Positions 28,561-41,605 of a DNA stretch of 64,000 nt are shown here, in pieces. The notes beneath the pieces are model-generated. The model had not been told where the DNA came from and did not search any database. It worked only from the letters and a program-made list of their open reading frames with translations. Position 1 is the first letter of the stretch, and every line of letters begins with the position of its first letter. The position numbers and the translations under genes were made by a program. The DNA is from Syntrophales bacterium (lineage in GTDB: Bacteria; Desulfobacterota; Syntrophia; Syntrophales; UBA2210): positions 2,560,001 to 2,624,000 of the forward strand of contig CAXXKT010000001.1 in the NCBI GenBank assembly GCA_963662405.2. The letters run 5' to 3'.

Positions 28561-28620
28561 GAAACTCCTCCTTACATGAGATGTCTTGCCCGCGGTCATG
28601 ACAAATCGTGCGGTTGTTAA

Positions 28621-28965
28621 TCAAGCGTCACGATCCAACGACTCCAGGACTTCCAGGGCGAAGCGGGCATGCGCCGTCGCAGGGCCACCCCCCATCTCGA
28701 TTCCCACTTCGATCGCCTCGATAATTTCGCCTTTCGTCGCCCCTTCTGCGGCCGCCTGTTCGATATGCCACTGCATGCATGACTCACAGTTGATCACGAC
28801 CGATATCCCGACAGCGATCAGTTCCTTCTCTTTCCGCTTGAGCGCGCCGTCGGAGTACGCGGCCTGCTCCATATCGAGGAAGGACCGGTATACCTTTGAA
28901 TTCTTCATCAGGGTTGTGTGGGCCTTGTGCCGCGACTTTTTTATCTCTTTGAGTTTGTCCATCAT
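28621..28965 (-). CDS. Carboxymuconolactone decarboxylase / AhpD-like protein
   Basis: GALKRKEKELIAVGISVVINCESCMQWH (CxxC..H), MGGGP. Confidence 0.88.
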   Translation of the reverse strand: MMDKLKEIKKSRHKAHTTLMKNSKVYRSFLDMEQAAYSDGALKRKEKELIAVGISVVINCESCMQWHIEQAAAEGATKGEIIEAIEVGIEMGGGPATAHARFALEVLESLDRDA

Positions 28966-29044
28966 ATTCCTTTATCCTTCATGGCTCGTCGTGGTTTGAT
29001 GCAGGAAAACGCATGCAGCCACGTTCTCACCGGACCGGGACAGA

Positions 29045-29821
29045 TCATGATAAGGTGTATGAGTCGAGCAGTCGGCGCTCGGTTTCCCCTTCAATCGTGG
29101 CGGTTACCTCAATGTAGGGTGCGAGGGGTGAATGTTCCAGCTTATTCCGCAAGAGCTGATCGATCTGGAATATCCCTGCCGAGTTGGAGAGCTTGATCTT
29201 GATACAGACCGGTTTTTTCGTCCCTTTTGTAATGCGCACCTCATCAACGGCCTGGGCGGAGAGGGAATGAATATTGACCTGACCCGATTCAAAAGGGATA
29301 CGGGAACGTCCCCGGGTCATATCCGTCGCGTCGGCTATCTTCAGGACACCTGCCTCGATTGTCAGACACGTCTCGCCGGAGCCGTGAGACACGATTGTGT
29401 GCAGCGTTTCCGATACCATCGTCGTCAAATCCGGTTCCGCATAAATCCTCTCCAGGAGCTCACGTGTCTTGCGAAAGGCGATAAAGAGGCTGTAGCGCTC
29501 GTGATGATCGCGGTGCACGGAGATCCCCGTGTCATGGAGACAGGCCCCCAGCACCACGATCAGTTCCGCGTCTTCAGGTGTCAACCCATGATCCCTGACG
29601 ACGCCGGGTTCGACACCCCCCTTGACAAGGAGGCGGATAATGCGCAGAGCGGCATTCGCCACGATGCGGATATGTACCTCTCCGTGGTCGCTCATCCCCA
29701 GGCGGTCTACGGCATTGACGTTTGCGCACTTCCAGATCTGAAACAACTCCTGATCGGCGTTGATCCGTTTGACGAGGTCATGCAACTTCCTGTTATCCCG
29801 TATGGGAATTTTAAATTCCAT
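29045..29821 (-). CDS. HD-domain metal-dependent phosphohydrolase
   Basis: DHGEVH, LHDTG, KIADATDMTRGRSRIPF; likely start MEFKIP at 29821. Confidence 0.85.
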   Translation of the reverse strand: MEFKIPIRDNRKLHDLVKRINADQELFQIWKCANVNAVDRLGMSDHGEVHIRIVANAALRIIRLLVKGGVEPGVVRDHGLTPEDAELIVVLGACLHDTGISVHRDHHERYSLFIAFRKTRELLERIYAEPDLTTMVSETLHTIVSHGSGETCLTIEAGVLKIADATDMTRGRSRIPFESGQVNIHSLSAQAVDEVRITKGTKKPVCIKIKLSNSAGIFQIDQLLRNKLEHSPLAPYIEVTATIEGETERRLLDSYTLS

Positions 29822-30169
29822 GGGAGAACCACCTCTCCTGTTTCGTATAATTTTTCGCGACCGACAACGGGTCGTTTTCGGGCCCTCCCGCGTTTCGGTC
29901 TTTACAAGCCAAACGGTGAATGAAGGCCGCTCCCCACGGTAAATCACCCCTTCTTCATACCAGACCGGCGGTTTTCTGACAATCAGTATCTCAATTTTAC
30001 GGAGCATTCTCAACCTGATAGGAAGGTGTACGGATGGTGGAGCGGTGACCTGAGGACGAATTCGCGGGTGCCCGGAACGAGGAGATATCTTGCGATATTA
30101 TGAAAAATGTACTACAAATGCGGTATACAGGTCGGTAATGTGAATCGGAATGATTGGAGTGAGATCTCT

Positions 30170-31357
30170 ATGGCAATATCGCGGAAAATCGAGGAATTTA
30201 TAGAGACATCTTCCTGGATACGGCGAATGTTCGAGGACGGTGTGAAACTGAAACAGCAATATGGTGCTGAAAACGTGTTCGATTTCAGTCTCGGGAACCC
30301 GAATGTCGATCCCCCGGACAGGTTCCGTGAACTGCTGGCCGAGATCGTGGAGGAGTGCGGGAACACCCGAGGCGCTCACATGTATATGCAGAATGTGGGG
30401 TATGCGGGTACGCGAACGGAGGTTGCCGCCTATCTCTCCCATGAGCACGAAATCCCTCTCTCTCCCGATCATATCGTTATGACATGCGGTGCCGGAGGGG
30501 CGCTCAATGTGGTCTTCAAGACCATCTTCGATCCGGGCGACGAGATCGTCATCCCGAAGCCTTTCTTCGCCGAGTATACCTTCTACGTTGATAATCATGG
30601 GGGGGTCCCCGTTTTCGTGGAGACGAACGATGATTTTTCTCTCGACCTGGAGGCCATGGAAAAGGCGGTGACCGAGAGGACGAAGGCGATCCTGATCAAC
30701 TCACCGAACAATCCCACCGGCACGGTATATGACCAGGCATCGATTGACGGACTGGCGTCCCTGATCGACGCGAAAGGACGACAGTACGGTACCGATATTT
30801 ACCTCATCTCGGATGAACCGTACAACACGATCGTCTATGACGGTCTCACGGTTCCCAGTATCATGAAGGCCTGCCGGAACGGCATCCTGATAACCTCCTA
30901 CTCAAAGAGCCTCTCCCTGCCGGGTGAGCGGATCGGCTATATTGCCCTCACACCCGGGATTGTCGATTATGAAAGGCTTATCGGAGGGCTGACTCTCTCC
31001 AATCGGATACTGGGCTTTACGAACGCCCCCGCCCTCATGCAGCGGGTTGTCGGGCGGATGCAGGGGGTGTACGTCGATGCCGAACACTATAGAAGGAAAC
31101 GCGATCTCTTGTGCGATGGCCTGTGGCAGGCGGGTCTTGAATTTGAAAAACCGGGTGGGGCCTTTTACCTCTTTCCCCGGACGCCGATAGAAGATGATGT
31201 GGCCTTCGTGCGCGCCCTTCAGAAAGAAAATATCCTTGTCGTTCCGGGACGTGGATTCGGCGGGCCGGGTCATGTCCGCATCAGTTACTGTGTCGATGAT
31301 GCCACGATTGTCAATGCGATGAAGGGCTTTGCGAAAGTAATGAAACAGTACAGCTGA
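30170..31357 (+). CDS. PLP-dependent aminotransferase class I/II (aspartate aminotransferase-like)
   Basis: SSWIRRMFE, DFSLGNP, NSPNNPTG, SDEPY, SYSKSLSLPGERIGY. Confidence 0.93.
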   Translation: MAISRKIEEFIETSSWIRRMFEDGVKLKQQYGAENVFDFSLGNPNVDPPDRFRELLAEIVEECGNTRGAHMYMQNVGYAGTRTEVAAYLSHEHEIPLSPDHIVMTCGAGGALNVVFKTIFDPGDEIVIPKPFFAEYTFYVDNHGGVPVFVETNDDFSLDLEAMEKAVTERTKAILINSPNNPTGTVYDQASIDGLASLIDAKGRQYGTDIYLISDEPYNTIVYDGLTVPSIMKACRNGILITSYSKSLSLPGERIGYIALTPGIVDYERLIGGLTLSNRILGFTNAPALMQRVVGRMQGVYVDAEHYRRKRDLLCDGLWQAGLEFEKPGGAFYLFPRTPIEDDVAFVRALQKENILVVPGRGFGGPGHVRISYCVDDATIVNAMKGFAKVMKQYS

Positions 31358-31376
31358 AAGGCCGAGGGAGGAGTAT

Positions 31377-31715
31377 ATGAAAGAACGTCGACCATGGGGA
31401 CATTATGAGGTTCTCTCCGATGAAGAGGACCACAAGGTCAAAAGGATTGTCGTCAATCCCGGAAAACGACTGAGTCTCCAAAGACATACCAATCGGGCTG
31501 AGCACTGGTATCTGCTCAGCGGGGAGGCTGTTGTTACCATTGACAGGGAAGATCATCAGTTGAAGAACGGCCAATCGGTCGATATCCCCCGGGGGACACT
31601 GCATCGCTTAAAGAACTCGGGAAAAGAGGACGTTATGTTCGTAGAGGTTCAAACGGGCGAGTACCTTGGTGAGGACGATATCGAGCGGGTCGAGGATGAT
31701 TTCGGGCGAGCCTAG
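31377..31715 (+). CDS. Mannose-6-phosphate isomerase type II C-terminal cupin protein
   Basis: RPWG.Y, VKRIVVNPG.RLSLQRH..RAEHW, EVQTGEYLGEDDI.R.EDDFGR. Confidence 0.9.
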   Translation: MKERRPWGHYEVLSDEEDHKVKRIVVNPGKRLSLQRHTNRAEHWYLLSGEAVVTIDREDHQLKNGQSVDIPRGTLHRLKNSGKEDVMFVEVQTGEYLGEDDIERVEDDFGRA

Positions 31716-31747
31716 AACCGATCTCGGGATCGTTTGGGGTAATTGCC

Positions 31748-32596
31748 ATGGAGGGGCTTACGGTTACCATACTCGGATCGGGGACGTGTGTTCCCTCCAT
31801 CAAGCGCAGTTCCTGCTCCGTGCTTATCGAGACGGGTACGGCGAAGCTCCTTTTCGATATAGGCCCCGGGACGATGCGGCGTCTCCTTGATGTTGGTGTC
31901 ACGATCGGAGAGATATCCCATCTTTTCGTTAGTCATCTCCATCCGGACCACACCGGAGAGTTGGTACCTTTTCTCTTCGCGAGCAAGTACCCGGAGAAAC
32001 TCCGGAGACGCGGCAGGCTCCGGATCACGGCCGCCGAAGGATTTCAGTCTTTTTACAGGCGCTTGGAGGCGGTTTACGGGCGGTGGATTGAACTGGAGGA
32101 AGGGATCGTTGATATCTTGGAGATGAGCTGTGAGCGACCGGATTATATGCAGTTCGGTTACGCGGACATTCATACTCTTCCCCTGGCGCATATCGCGAGC
32201 AGTATCGGTTACCGCATAAACGCGCCGGATGGTACGTCCGTGGTATACACCGGAGACACCGATTACTGCAAAAACGTTGTTCAACTGGCGATGAACGCCG
32301 ACTTGCTCATCTGTGAATGCGCCTTCCCCGATGACCTCAAGACGGACGGTCATTTGACCCCTTCACTGGCGGGGAGGATTGCCTCCGAAGCGCGGGTCAA
32401 GACCCTCCTCCTGACGCATTTTTATCCCGAGTGCGACGGCGTCGATGTGGCGGCCCAGTGCCGAAAGACATATAGCGGGACGCTGCTGTGCGCCGAAGAC
32501 CTGATGCGGATCGAATTTGCCGGGAGGACCTTCACCATTGTTGATGGGGAGGGCGGAACCCGGCGTTCCCGTTCGCGCGCCGATCGATCAACATGA
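31748..32596 (+). CDS. MBL-fold metallo-hydrolase (RNase Z-like)
   Basis: ILGSG, SHLHPDH, YTGDT, GHLTP, LTHFY. Confidence 0.85.
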   Translation: MEGLTVTILGSGTCVPSIKRSSCSVLIETGTAKLLFDIGPGTMRRLLDVGVTIGEISHLFVSHLHPDHTGELVPFLFASKYPEKLRRRGRLRITAAEGFQSFYRRLEAVYGRWIELEEGIVDILEMSCERPDYMQFGYADIHTLPLAHIASSIGYRINAPDGTSVVYTGDTDYCKNVVQLAMNADLLICECAFPDDLKTDGHLTPSLAGRIASEARVKTLLLTHFYPECDGVDVAAQCRKTYSGTLLCAEDLMRIEFAGRTFTIVDGEGGTRRSRSRADRST

Positions 32597-34041
32597 AGCT
32601 GCAACTACCGTCCCATAAGACCAAGATTATCTGCACCATCGGTCCCGCATCCCGATCGGAGACGGTCCTTTCCGCAATGATGGAACGGGGGATGACCATT
32701 GCCCGGATCAATCTCTCACACGGTACGCGGGAGGATCATCGCCAGACCGTCAGGTCCGTGAGGACGGTGGCGGAGAAGGAAGGGAGGTCCTGCCCCATCT
32801 TCGCCGATCTTCCCGGTCCGAAGATGCGTATCGGCAGACTGGCGGAGGAGCCGCTCACCCTTGTGAAAGGGGCTGAAATCACCTTGACCACGCGGGATCT
32901 CCCCGGAACCGCCGAGATGATCCCTGTGACATACCGGCGACTTCCCGAGAGCGTTTTGCCGGGAAGCGTCATCTATCTGAATGACGGGTTTATCTCATTG
33001 AGCGTGACGTCTGTCCGGGACGAAGAGGTCCGATGTGCGGTAACGACAGGGGGGCAACTGCTCTCCGGGAAAGGGCTCAATCTCCCCGGTGCACGAATCT
33101 TCCTCGACACCGTTACCGAACAGGACCTTGAACTCATGGACTTTGCCCTCGGTGAGGGGATCACTATCTTCGGTGTTTCCTTTGTCGAGAAGGCGGACGA
33201 TATCATGCAGGCACGGGACTTTGCCCGGAGAAAGGGAAGGAAGGTCTATATCGTAGCGAAGATCGAACGAGCGGCCGCCGTCGAGAATATCGATGAAATC
33301 ATCGGGGCAGCCGATGCCGTCATGATCGCCCGCGGCGACCTGGGGGTCGAGATCCCGATCGAAGAGGTCCCCATTGTCCAGAAACAGTTGATAAGAAAGG
33401 CCAATCTGGCCTGTCGTCCCGTCATTACGGCGACGCAGATGCTGGAATCAATGGTCGAGGGCTCTCGCCCCACCCGGGCCGAGGCGACGGATGTCGCCAA
33501 CGCCATTCTGGACGGGACCGATGCCGTCATGATGTCCGAGGAAACGGCGATCGGTCAGTATCCGGTCGAGGCCGTGGGGATAATGTCTCGGATTGCCGTT
33601 GCCGTGGAGCGTGAGCGGCACACGATCCGTTCGTCCGTCTTCCTCCCGGAACAGCTCAAGGGGGAATTGGTCAACCGCCAGATCACCGTACCCGATACCG
33701 TTTCTTTGAATGTTTTGGAGGCGGTGAAGGCCCTGAACTGTCCCTTTGTCCTGACCGTCACCGGGGGAGGGATGACGGCGCGGCGCGTCTCGCGTTTCAA
33801 ACCTGACTGCTGGATCATCGCCTGCAACAACGAAGAACGGGTCTGCGATTTTCTCCGCTTCTCATACGGTGTCTTTCCCTTGTGTATGGACACCGGGCCC
33901 GGGGAATGGCGTCGCCGGCTGATCAGCCTTCTCAAGGATGCACGACTTGTCCAGGGGGGAGACCGGATCATCCTGACAGAGGGAAAATATGCGGGGGCGA
34001 TGGGGGGGACCGATTCCATGGGGATTATCACGATTTCGTAG
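32593..34041 (+). CDS. pyk: Pyruvate kinase
   Basis: KTKIICTIGPAS, DLPGPKMR, AKIE, MIARGDLGVE, TQMLESM, PTRAEATDVANA. Confidence 0.96.
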   Translation: MKLQLPSHKTKIICTIGPASRSETVLSAMMERGMTIARINLSHGTREDHRQTVRSVRTVAEKEGRSCPIFADLPGPKMRIGRLAEEPLTLVKGAEITLTTRDLPGTAEMIPVTYRRLPESVLPGSVIYLNDGFISLSVTSVRDEEVRCAVTTGGQLLSGKGLNLPGARIFLDTVTEQDLELMDFALGEGITIFGVSFVEKADDIMQARDFARRKGRKVYIVAKIERAAAVENIDEIIGAADAVMIARGDLGVEIPIEEVPIVQKQLIRKANLACRPVITATQMLESMVEGSRPTRAEATDVANAILDGTDAVMMSEETAIGQYPVEAVGIMSRIAVAVERERHTIRSSVFLPEQLKGELVNRQITVPDTVSLNVLEAVKALNCPFVLTVTGGGMTARRVSRFKPDCWIIACNNEERVCDFLRFSYGVFPLCMDTGPGEWRRRLISLLKDARLVQGGDRIILTEGKYAGAMGGTDSMGIITIS

Positions 34042-34151
34042 ATCAAGGGACCTGTGGGCTATCCGATGCCTATAAGTGCCTGATATAAGAGATCCCGAGG
34101 CGACAACGAACACTGTAATACGCTGCTATTCACAGCTGAGGGGAGAGTGAA

Positions 34152-35855
34152 GTGACTGAAAAGCCAAGAGCGAATCGAACGGTATCATGGACGGTCGGTG
34201 CGTACCGGGACGCCGTGGAACGGAGACTGGCGCGACTCAGGGACGAGAAGATCATCGAGCGGATCGGGGGGCATGACCATACCGTTTGGAAAACAGCGTC
34301 CACGGAAATAACAAACCGCCTGGGGTGGCTTCACTCAGCAGGGGTGATATCCAAAAATATCCGGCATCTTACGGCCCTGGCCGACGAGATCCGTGCAGAG
34401 GGGTGCCGGCATGTCATACTGTTGGGGATGGGAGGGTCGATTCTCGCGCCCGAGGTGCTCGGCTCGGTGTTTGGTCGTCGCTCCGGATACCCGAGTTTGA
34501 CCATTCTCGACAGTACCAACCCGGAGGCGGTGACGGTATGCGCACGGCGATTCGATCCTGCCCGGTCCCTGTTTATCGTCGCGACCAAGTCGGGGACTAC
34601 CGTGGAGACCCTTTCTTTCTTTAAATTCTTCTACAACCGGATTATCGATGCCCTTGGACGTGAGGAGGCAGGCAAACACTTCATCGCGATCACCGATCCG
34701 GGTACACCATTGGCAGAACTCGCCGACCGGTATCGATTCCGTGCTACTTTTTTCAATGACCCGGATATCGGCGGACGCTATTCGGCCCTTTCCTGCTTCG
34801 GGCTGGTCCCCGCGGCCCTGATCGGTGTCGACCTGAAGGTCCTGCTGGACCGGGCCGCGGCTGTTATGTCGGATAGCATGTCACCAGACAGTGGGGCTAC
34901 CCTTCTGGGATGTATCATCGGTGAACTGGCCCTGGCGGGGAGGGACAAGATGACGCTCATCTCGTCACCGGGACTTGAGCCGTTCGGCAATTGGGTGGAG
35001 CAACTTGTAGCAGAGAGCACGGGGAAAGAGGGGAGGGGGGTCCTCCCCGTCATTGGCGAGCCCCTTGATACGCCGGATGTGTACGGGAATGATCGCTTCT
35101 TTGTTCATCTGAGACTGGGGAAAGACAAGACATCCGACAAAGGGCTTTCCGATCTCGAGCGGGCGGGTTACCCCGTCATTACCATCCCGGTTTTAGACCG
35201 GTTTGATCTCGGCGGGCAGTTCTTTTTCTGGGAAATGGCCGTGAGCGTTGCCGGCTGGTGCTTGGAGATCAATCCCTTCGACCAGCCTGACGTCGAGTCG
35301 TCCAAGGCCCTGGCCCGTCGAATGGTGGATGATTATAAAGAGAACGGCACCCTGATCCGGGAAGAGCCCTCGTTGATCGATGGGGATATTATGGTTTTTA
35401 GAGGGCCGAAATCCCAGGGAGCCGGGGGTTCTCTCATTTCCTTTATCGAAGAAGGGATGAAAGACGGGGCGTATGTGGCGATCCAGGCATACCTGCCGCA
35501 CGATCTCGCTTACGATAAGGCTCTGCACACATTACGCCTACGATTGCGGGACCGATTCGGGATAGCCGTGACGGTGGGGTATGGCCCCCGTTTCCTTCAT
35601 TCCACGGGGCAGCTCCACAAGGGAGATGCGGGGATGGGACTCTTTGTCCAGATCACCGCCGATGACGTGGAGGATCTACCGATTCCCGAGGAGCCCGGGT
35701 CCCCTGCCTCCTCGATAACCTTCGGTATCCTCAATGAAGCACAGGCGGCGGGGGACCGTCAGGCACTGCAGGATGCCGGAAGGAGGGTGATGCGGTTTCA
35801 CCTGAAGGGGGACCGCATCGGCATGCTGCTTCGGCTGGCCGAGGCACTCGTATGA
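34152..35855 (+). CDS. pgi: Glucose-6-phosphate isomerase (type resembling the Pgi half of Tal-Pgi fusions)
   Basis: GMGGS, TKSGTTVET, DIGGRYSAL, QLVAESTGKEG, NPFDQPDVE, GPRFLHSTGQLHKG. Confidence 0.9.
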   Translation: MTEKPRANRTVSWTVGAYRDAVERRLARLRDEKIIERIGGHDHTVWKTASTEITNRLGWLHSAGVISKNIRHLTALADEIRAEGCRHVILLGMGGSILAPEVLGSVFGRRSGYPSLTILDSTNPEAVTVCARRFDPARSLFIVATKSGTTVETLSFFKFFYNRIIDALGREEAGKHFIAITDPGTPLAELADRYRFRATFFNDPDIGGRYSALSCFGLVPAALIGVDLKVLLDRAAAVMSDSMSPDSGATLLGCIIGELALAGRDKMTLISSPGLEPFGNWVEQLVAESTGKEGRGVLPVIGEPLDTPDVYGNDRFFVHLRLGKDKTSDKGLSDLERAGYPVITIPVLDRFDLGGQFFFWEMAVSVAGWCLEINPFDQPDVESSKALARRMVDDYKENGTLIREEPSLIDGDIMVFRGPKSQGAGGSLISFIEEGMKDGAYVAIQAYLPHDLAYDKALHTLRLRLRDRFGIAVTVGYGPRFLHSTGQLHKGDAGMGLFVQITADDVEDLPIPEEPGSPASSITFGILNEAQAAGDRQALQDAGRRVMRFHLKGDRIGMLLRLAEALV

Positions 35856-35887
35856 CCGCGACCGGTCACCGGAGGGGAGATAATGTT

Positions 35888-36373
35888 TTATTCAATATCT
35901 TCAAAACAGCTCAGCTCGATATTCTTCCTGACCTTTTCGGGATCGAATACCCGCCCGTTCATTGTTATGTAGACCCCCGGTGGGAGCAGTTGAACCGCGA
36001 GGATGGCGCATCCGATATTGAATTCGGCGTCGGTCGACCTGAACCGCGCCGGTTCCATCGAACCGGTGAGGACAATGGTCTTGCCCGATACCGGCCGGAG
36101 TCTTTTTGCGGTCTGTACCATGGTGTCGGTCCCGTGAGTTATGACGATATGCCGGCACTCCTCCCGCGAGATCGTTTCAAGGATCATCAGGCGATCTTCA
36201 TCGGTAATGTCGAGGCTGTCTTTTTTCAGGAGGGACTCGCAATCGTAGGTGAACCCGACGCGTGCCCCGTGCAATATCTCGGAGAGCCGAGATTCTCCGA
36301 CCTGGTAGTCGTTTTTCCGATCGAAGTATATCTTGTCGATTGTCCCCCCCACGGTGAAGAATTTGATCTTCAT
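35888..36373 (-). CDS. Short asparaginase-domain protein
   Basis: GGTIDK, KKDSLD, ITHGTDTM, VLTGS. Confidence 0.88.
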   Translation of the reverse strand: MKIKFFTVGGTIDKIYFDRKNDYQVGESRLSEILHGARVGFTYDCESLLKKDSLDITDEDRLMILETISREECRHIVITHGTDTMVQTAKRLRPVSGKTIVLTGSMEPARFRSTDAEFNIGCAILAVQLLPPGVYITMNGRVFDPEKVRKNIELSCFEDIE

Positions 36374-36401
36374 GACTTGTCCCTACCGCCTCGAAAGAGT
36401 G

Positions 36402-36929
36402 CTACTTACCCTGGAGATCAATGGCCAACTGCACGAAACGGGCGACCTGATCTTCCGGAACCCGACCGCGAATGACGGCACGGCAGACGCGGTTCGTGTC
36501 CAGGAGGATCACGTTGGCGCTGTTGTCCGTGAGGCCCCACGCCTCCCGCAGCGATGCGTTATAGTCGAAGAGGATAACGGTCTTATATTTTTCCGCCGCC
36601 GCCGCACCGAATGCTCTGATGAGAGAATCCGGTTTCCACGATGCCTTGCAGTCGGCAATCCCGATTCCCTTGAACGCGCTTTCCTTGAGGATCCCCGCTT
36701 GTACCTTTGCCTTGATGGCGTCATTCAAATGATCGTTGGTGTCCTTTTCGTCCGGATCGTTGTAATTGATCAGGAGCACCTTTCCCTCCCAGTCCTGCAT
36801 CGTGTACTGTCTGTCGTCCGCGTCCGGGAGCGACCAGTCCGATGCCCTGTCTCCCACCTGCAGGCCCCCTGCCGCGGCGGGGACCACCCAGAACAATACC
36901 AGTAATACCGCACACCATACCTTTTTCAT
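36402..36929 (-). CDS. YtfJ-like exported thioredoxin-fold protein
   Basis: Signal peptide, GKVLLINYNDPD, ILFDY...LREAWGL. Confidence 0.7.
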   Translation of the reverse strand: MKKVWCAVLLVLFWVVPAAAGGLQVGDRASDWSLPDADDRQYTMQDWEGKVLLINYNDPDEKDTNDHLNDAIKAKVQAGILKESAFKGIGIADCKASWKPDSLIRAFGAAAAEKYKTVILFDYNASLREAWGLTDNSANVILLDTNRVCRAVIRGRVPEDQVARFVQLAIDLQGK

Positions 36930-36996
36930 AACTCCTCCTTTGAGGGTGTTTGAGGCCGCCCACGGGAATTTTTTGTGCGCGGCGTTTCACGGAGAA

Positions 36997-39628
<2,632 letters not shown>

Positions 39629-39757
39629 GACGGACCTTTCGATATGATTACTTCAAGGCGATAGTAGTCACAGGCCGATCAAATGTCAAACCAAAAGCTC
39701 CAAAATAATCCTTGTCTTTTTCACAGGGATATAATAGAAAATTGAGCACTGTTAGCT

Positions 39758-40237
39758 ATGAAGATAGGCGTTATTTCAGATACTCATCTTGCTGCTCCCG
39801 ACGGTAGACTTGAAAAGATCGCCAAAGATCACTTTCAGGGTGTTGAACTCATTTTGCATGCAGGGGACATAGTAGATATCAGAGTGTTGGAGGCATTCGG
39901 AGACACGCGGGTCTGTGCCGTCTGTGGGAACATGGACGGTGCCTCCGTCAGGGACATGTTTCCGGAGAAGCGGGTGCTTGAGGTCGAAGGATGGCGGATT
40001 GGTCTCATTCATGGTTGGGGATCCCCGTCAGGCCTGGAGGAAAGGATTATCCGGGAATTTGAGGATGTCGCGTGTATCGTCTACGGACATTCCCACCGGC
40101 CGAATAATGAGGTGAGAGACGGCGTGTTGCTCTTCAATCCCGGCTCACCCACCGATAATCGGTTCGCTCAGGGCAATTCCGTGGGCATCCTGGATGTTGG
40201 GGAAAGTATCGTGGGAACGGTTGTGAATCTGGATTGA
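39758..40237 (+). CDS. YfcE/MJ0936-family metallophosphoesterase
   Basis: ISDTH, HAGD, GNMD, YGHSH, NPGS. Confidence 0.92.
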   Translation: MKIGVISDTHLAAPDGRLEKIAKDHFQGVELILHAGDIVDIRVLEAFGDTRVCAVCGNMDGASVRDMFPEKRVLEVEGWRIGLIHGWGSPSGLEERIIREFEDVACIVYGHSHRPNNEVRDGVLLFNPGSPTDNRFAQGNSVGILDVGESIVGTVVNLD

Positions 40238-40250
40238 GACAGGGAAGAAC

Positions 40251-40733
40251 ATGGATAGGATATTGGCTCCGGGAAGGATGGCGTACATTAAAGGCGAGAA
40301 GCCGGAGGGTTGTATCTTTTGCAGGGGGTCCGCACGGGAAAAGGACCTGGTCCTGTACGAGGGGAAGACCTGTTACGTCATGATGAATAAGTACCCCTAT
40401 ACCTCCGGGCATCTCATGGTTATTCCCTTCAGGCATGTGTCTGATTTTGAAGAGACGAGCGTTTCAGAACGGGCGGAAATGATGGATTTTGTCGGCATGT
40501 GTGTAGGGGCCCTTAAGGCCGCTTTTGACCCCGAAGGGTTCAATATCGGGATGAACCTTGGAAAGGTTGCCGGTGCGGGGGTCGATGACCACCTTCATAT
40601 CCATGTTGTCCCACGGTGGGTGGGAGATACAAACTTTTCTACTGTTCTGGGAGAGGTCAGGGTGATTCCCGAGGATCTTACCATTACCTGTAGTACGCTG
40701 GCGCAATATTTTCAAGAGATAGAGGAGGGTTAA
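40251..40733 (+). CDS. HIT-family hydrolase (Ap4A phosphorylase-like)
   Basis: CIFC, NKYPY..GHLM, HLHIHVVPRW.GDTNF. Confidence 0.92.
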   Translation: MDRILAPGRMAYIKGEKPEGCIFCRGSAREKDLVLYEGKTCYVMMNKYPYTSGHLMVIPFRHVSDFEETSVSERAEMMDFVGMCVGALKAAFDPEGFNIGMNLGKVAGAGVDDHLHIHVVPRWVGDTNFSTVLGEVRVIPEDLTITCSTLAQYFQEIEEG

Positions 40734-40734
40734 G

Positions 40735-41076
40735 ATGAAACTGTTATACACAATTATTGCAACACTGGTTGTCTTGTTTATCATTACCTTCTCGTTGGCA
40801 AATACAACCGAGGTGCCGATCGGGTACTATGGCTTTATAGATGTTTCCGTAGAGACCTATTTGTTGATTTTCATATCGTTTGGCGTGGGTGTCATACTGG
40901 CCGGGTTCATGGGTATCGTGGAGCGACTCAGACTCGCCAGAGAATTGAAAAAGCTGAAAAAAGAGGTCAAGAAACTGAGGAAAAGAGGAGAGACCGAGCA
41001 ACTCCCCGATGTTGAACGTTCAGAACCGGCTCAGGAGACGGAGGCCGAGGGGGACGCCGGGAAATGGAACAGGTAA
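40735..41076 (+). CDS. LapA-family (DUF1049) membrane protein
   Basis: Two TM segments, FSLAN, basic coiled-coil tail. Confidence 0.75.
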   Translation: MKLLYTIIATLVVLFIITFSLANTTEVPIGYYGFIDVSVETYLLIFISFGVGVILAGFMGIVERLRLARELKKLKKEVKKLRKRGETEQLPDVERSEPAQETEAEGDAGKWNR

Positions 41077-41089
41077 TGAAGGGGGAGAG

Positions 41090-41605
41090 CTAACCGCCGC
41101 AGTCTGATTGATCTCCCTTTATTTTTTCGATTGCATGTCTCAGGGCGGGAAGGACAACCGACAGGTTTTCCCGGGCTCCCCGGGGACTTCCCGGGAGGTT
41201 GATAATCAGGGATTGCCCCCGGATCCCCGCCACGGCCCGGGATATCATGGCGTGCGGCGTTTTTTTCAAACTCTCCCGACGCATCGCTTCCGCCATGCCG
41301 GGCAGTTCCTTATCCAACACCTCCAGCGTTGCCTCCGGAGTGACATCACGGGGACTGACGCCGGTTCCCCCGGTTGTCACGACCAGATCCAGCCCCTTCG
41401 TATCGGTAAAATCCCGTATCTTTCCCCGTATGACCTCTTCCTCATCGGGGATTACAATATAACAGTCAATTCTGATCCCGAGATCACCCAGCAGGCGCAT
41501 AACCTCCCGGCCGCTGGTGTCTTCCCTCTCTCCACGGGATCCCTTGTCACTGATGGTGATGACGCCGCCTGTCATCACCGATAGCCGTTCTGTGCTATTC
41601 CTCAT
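41090..41605 (-). CDS. mogA: Molybdopterin adenylyltransferase (MogA/MoaB family)
   Basis: ITISDKG, TTGGTG.SPRDVTPEAT, NLPGSP; alternative start at 41575. Confidence 0.9.
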   Translation of the reverse strand: MRNSTERLSVMTGGVITISDKGSRGEREDTSGREVMRLLGDLGIRIDCYIVIPDEEEVIRGKIRDFTDTKGLDLVVTTGGTGVSPRDVTPEATLEVLDKELPGMAEAMRRESLKKTPHAMISRAVAGIRGQSLIINLPGSPRGARENLSVVLPALRHAIEKIKGDQSDCGG

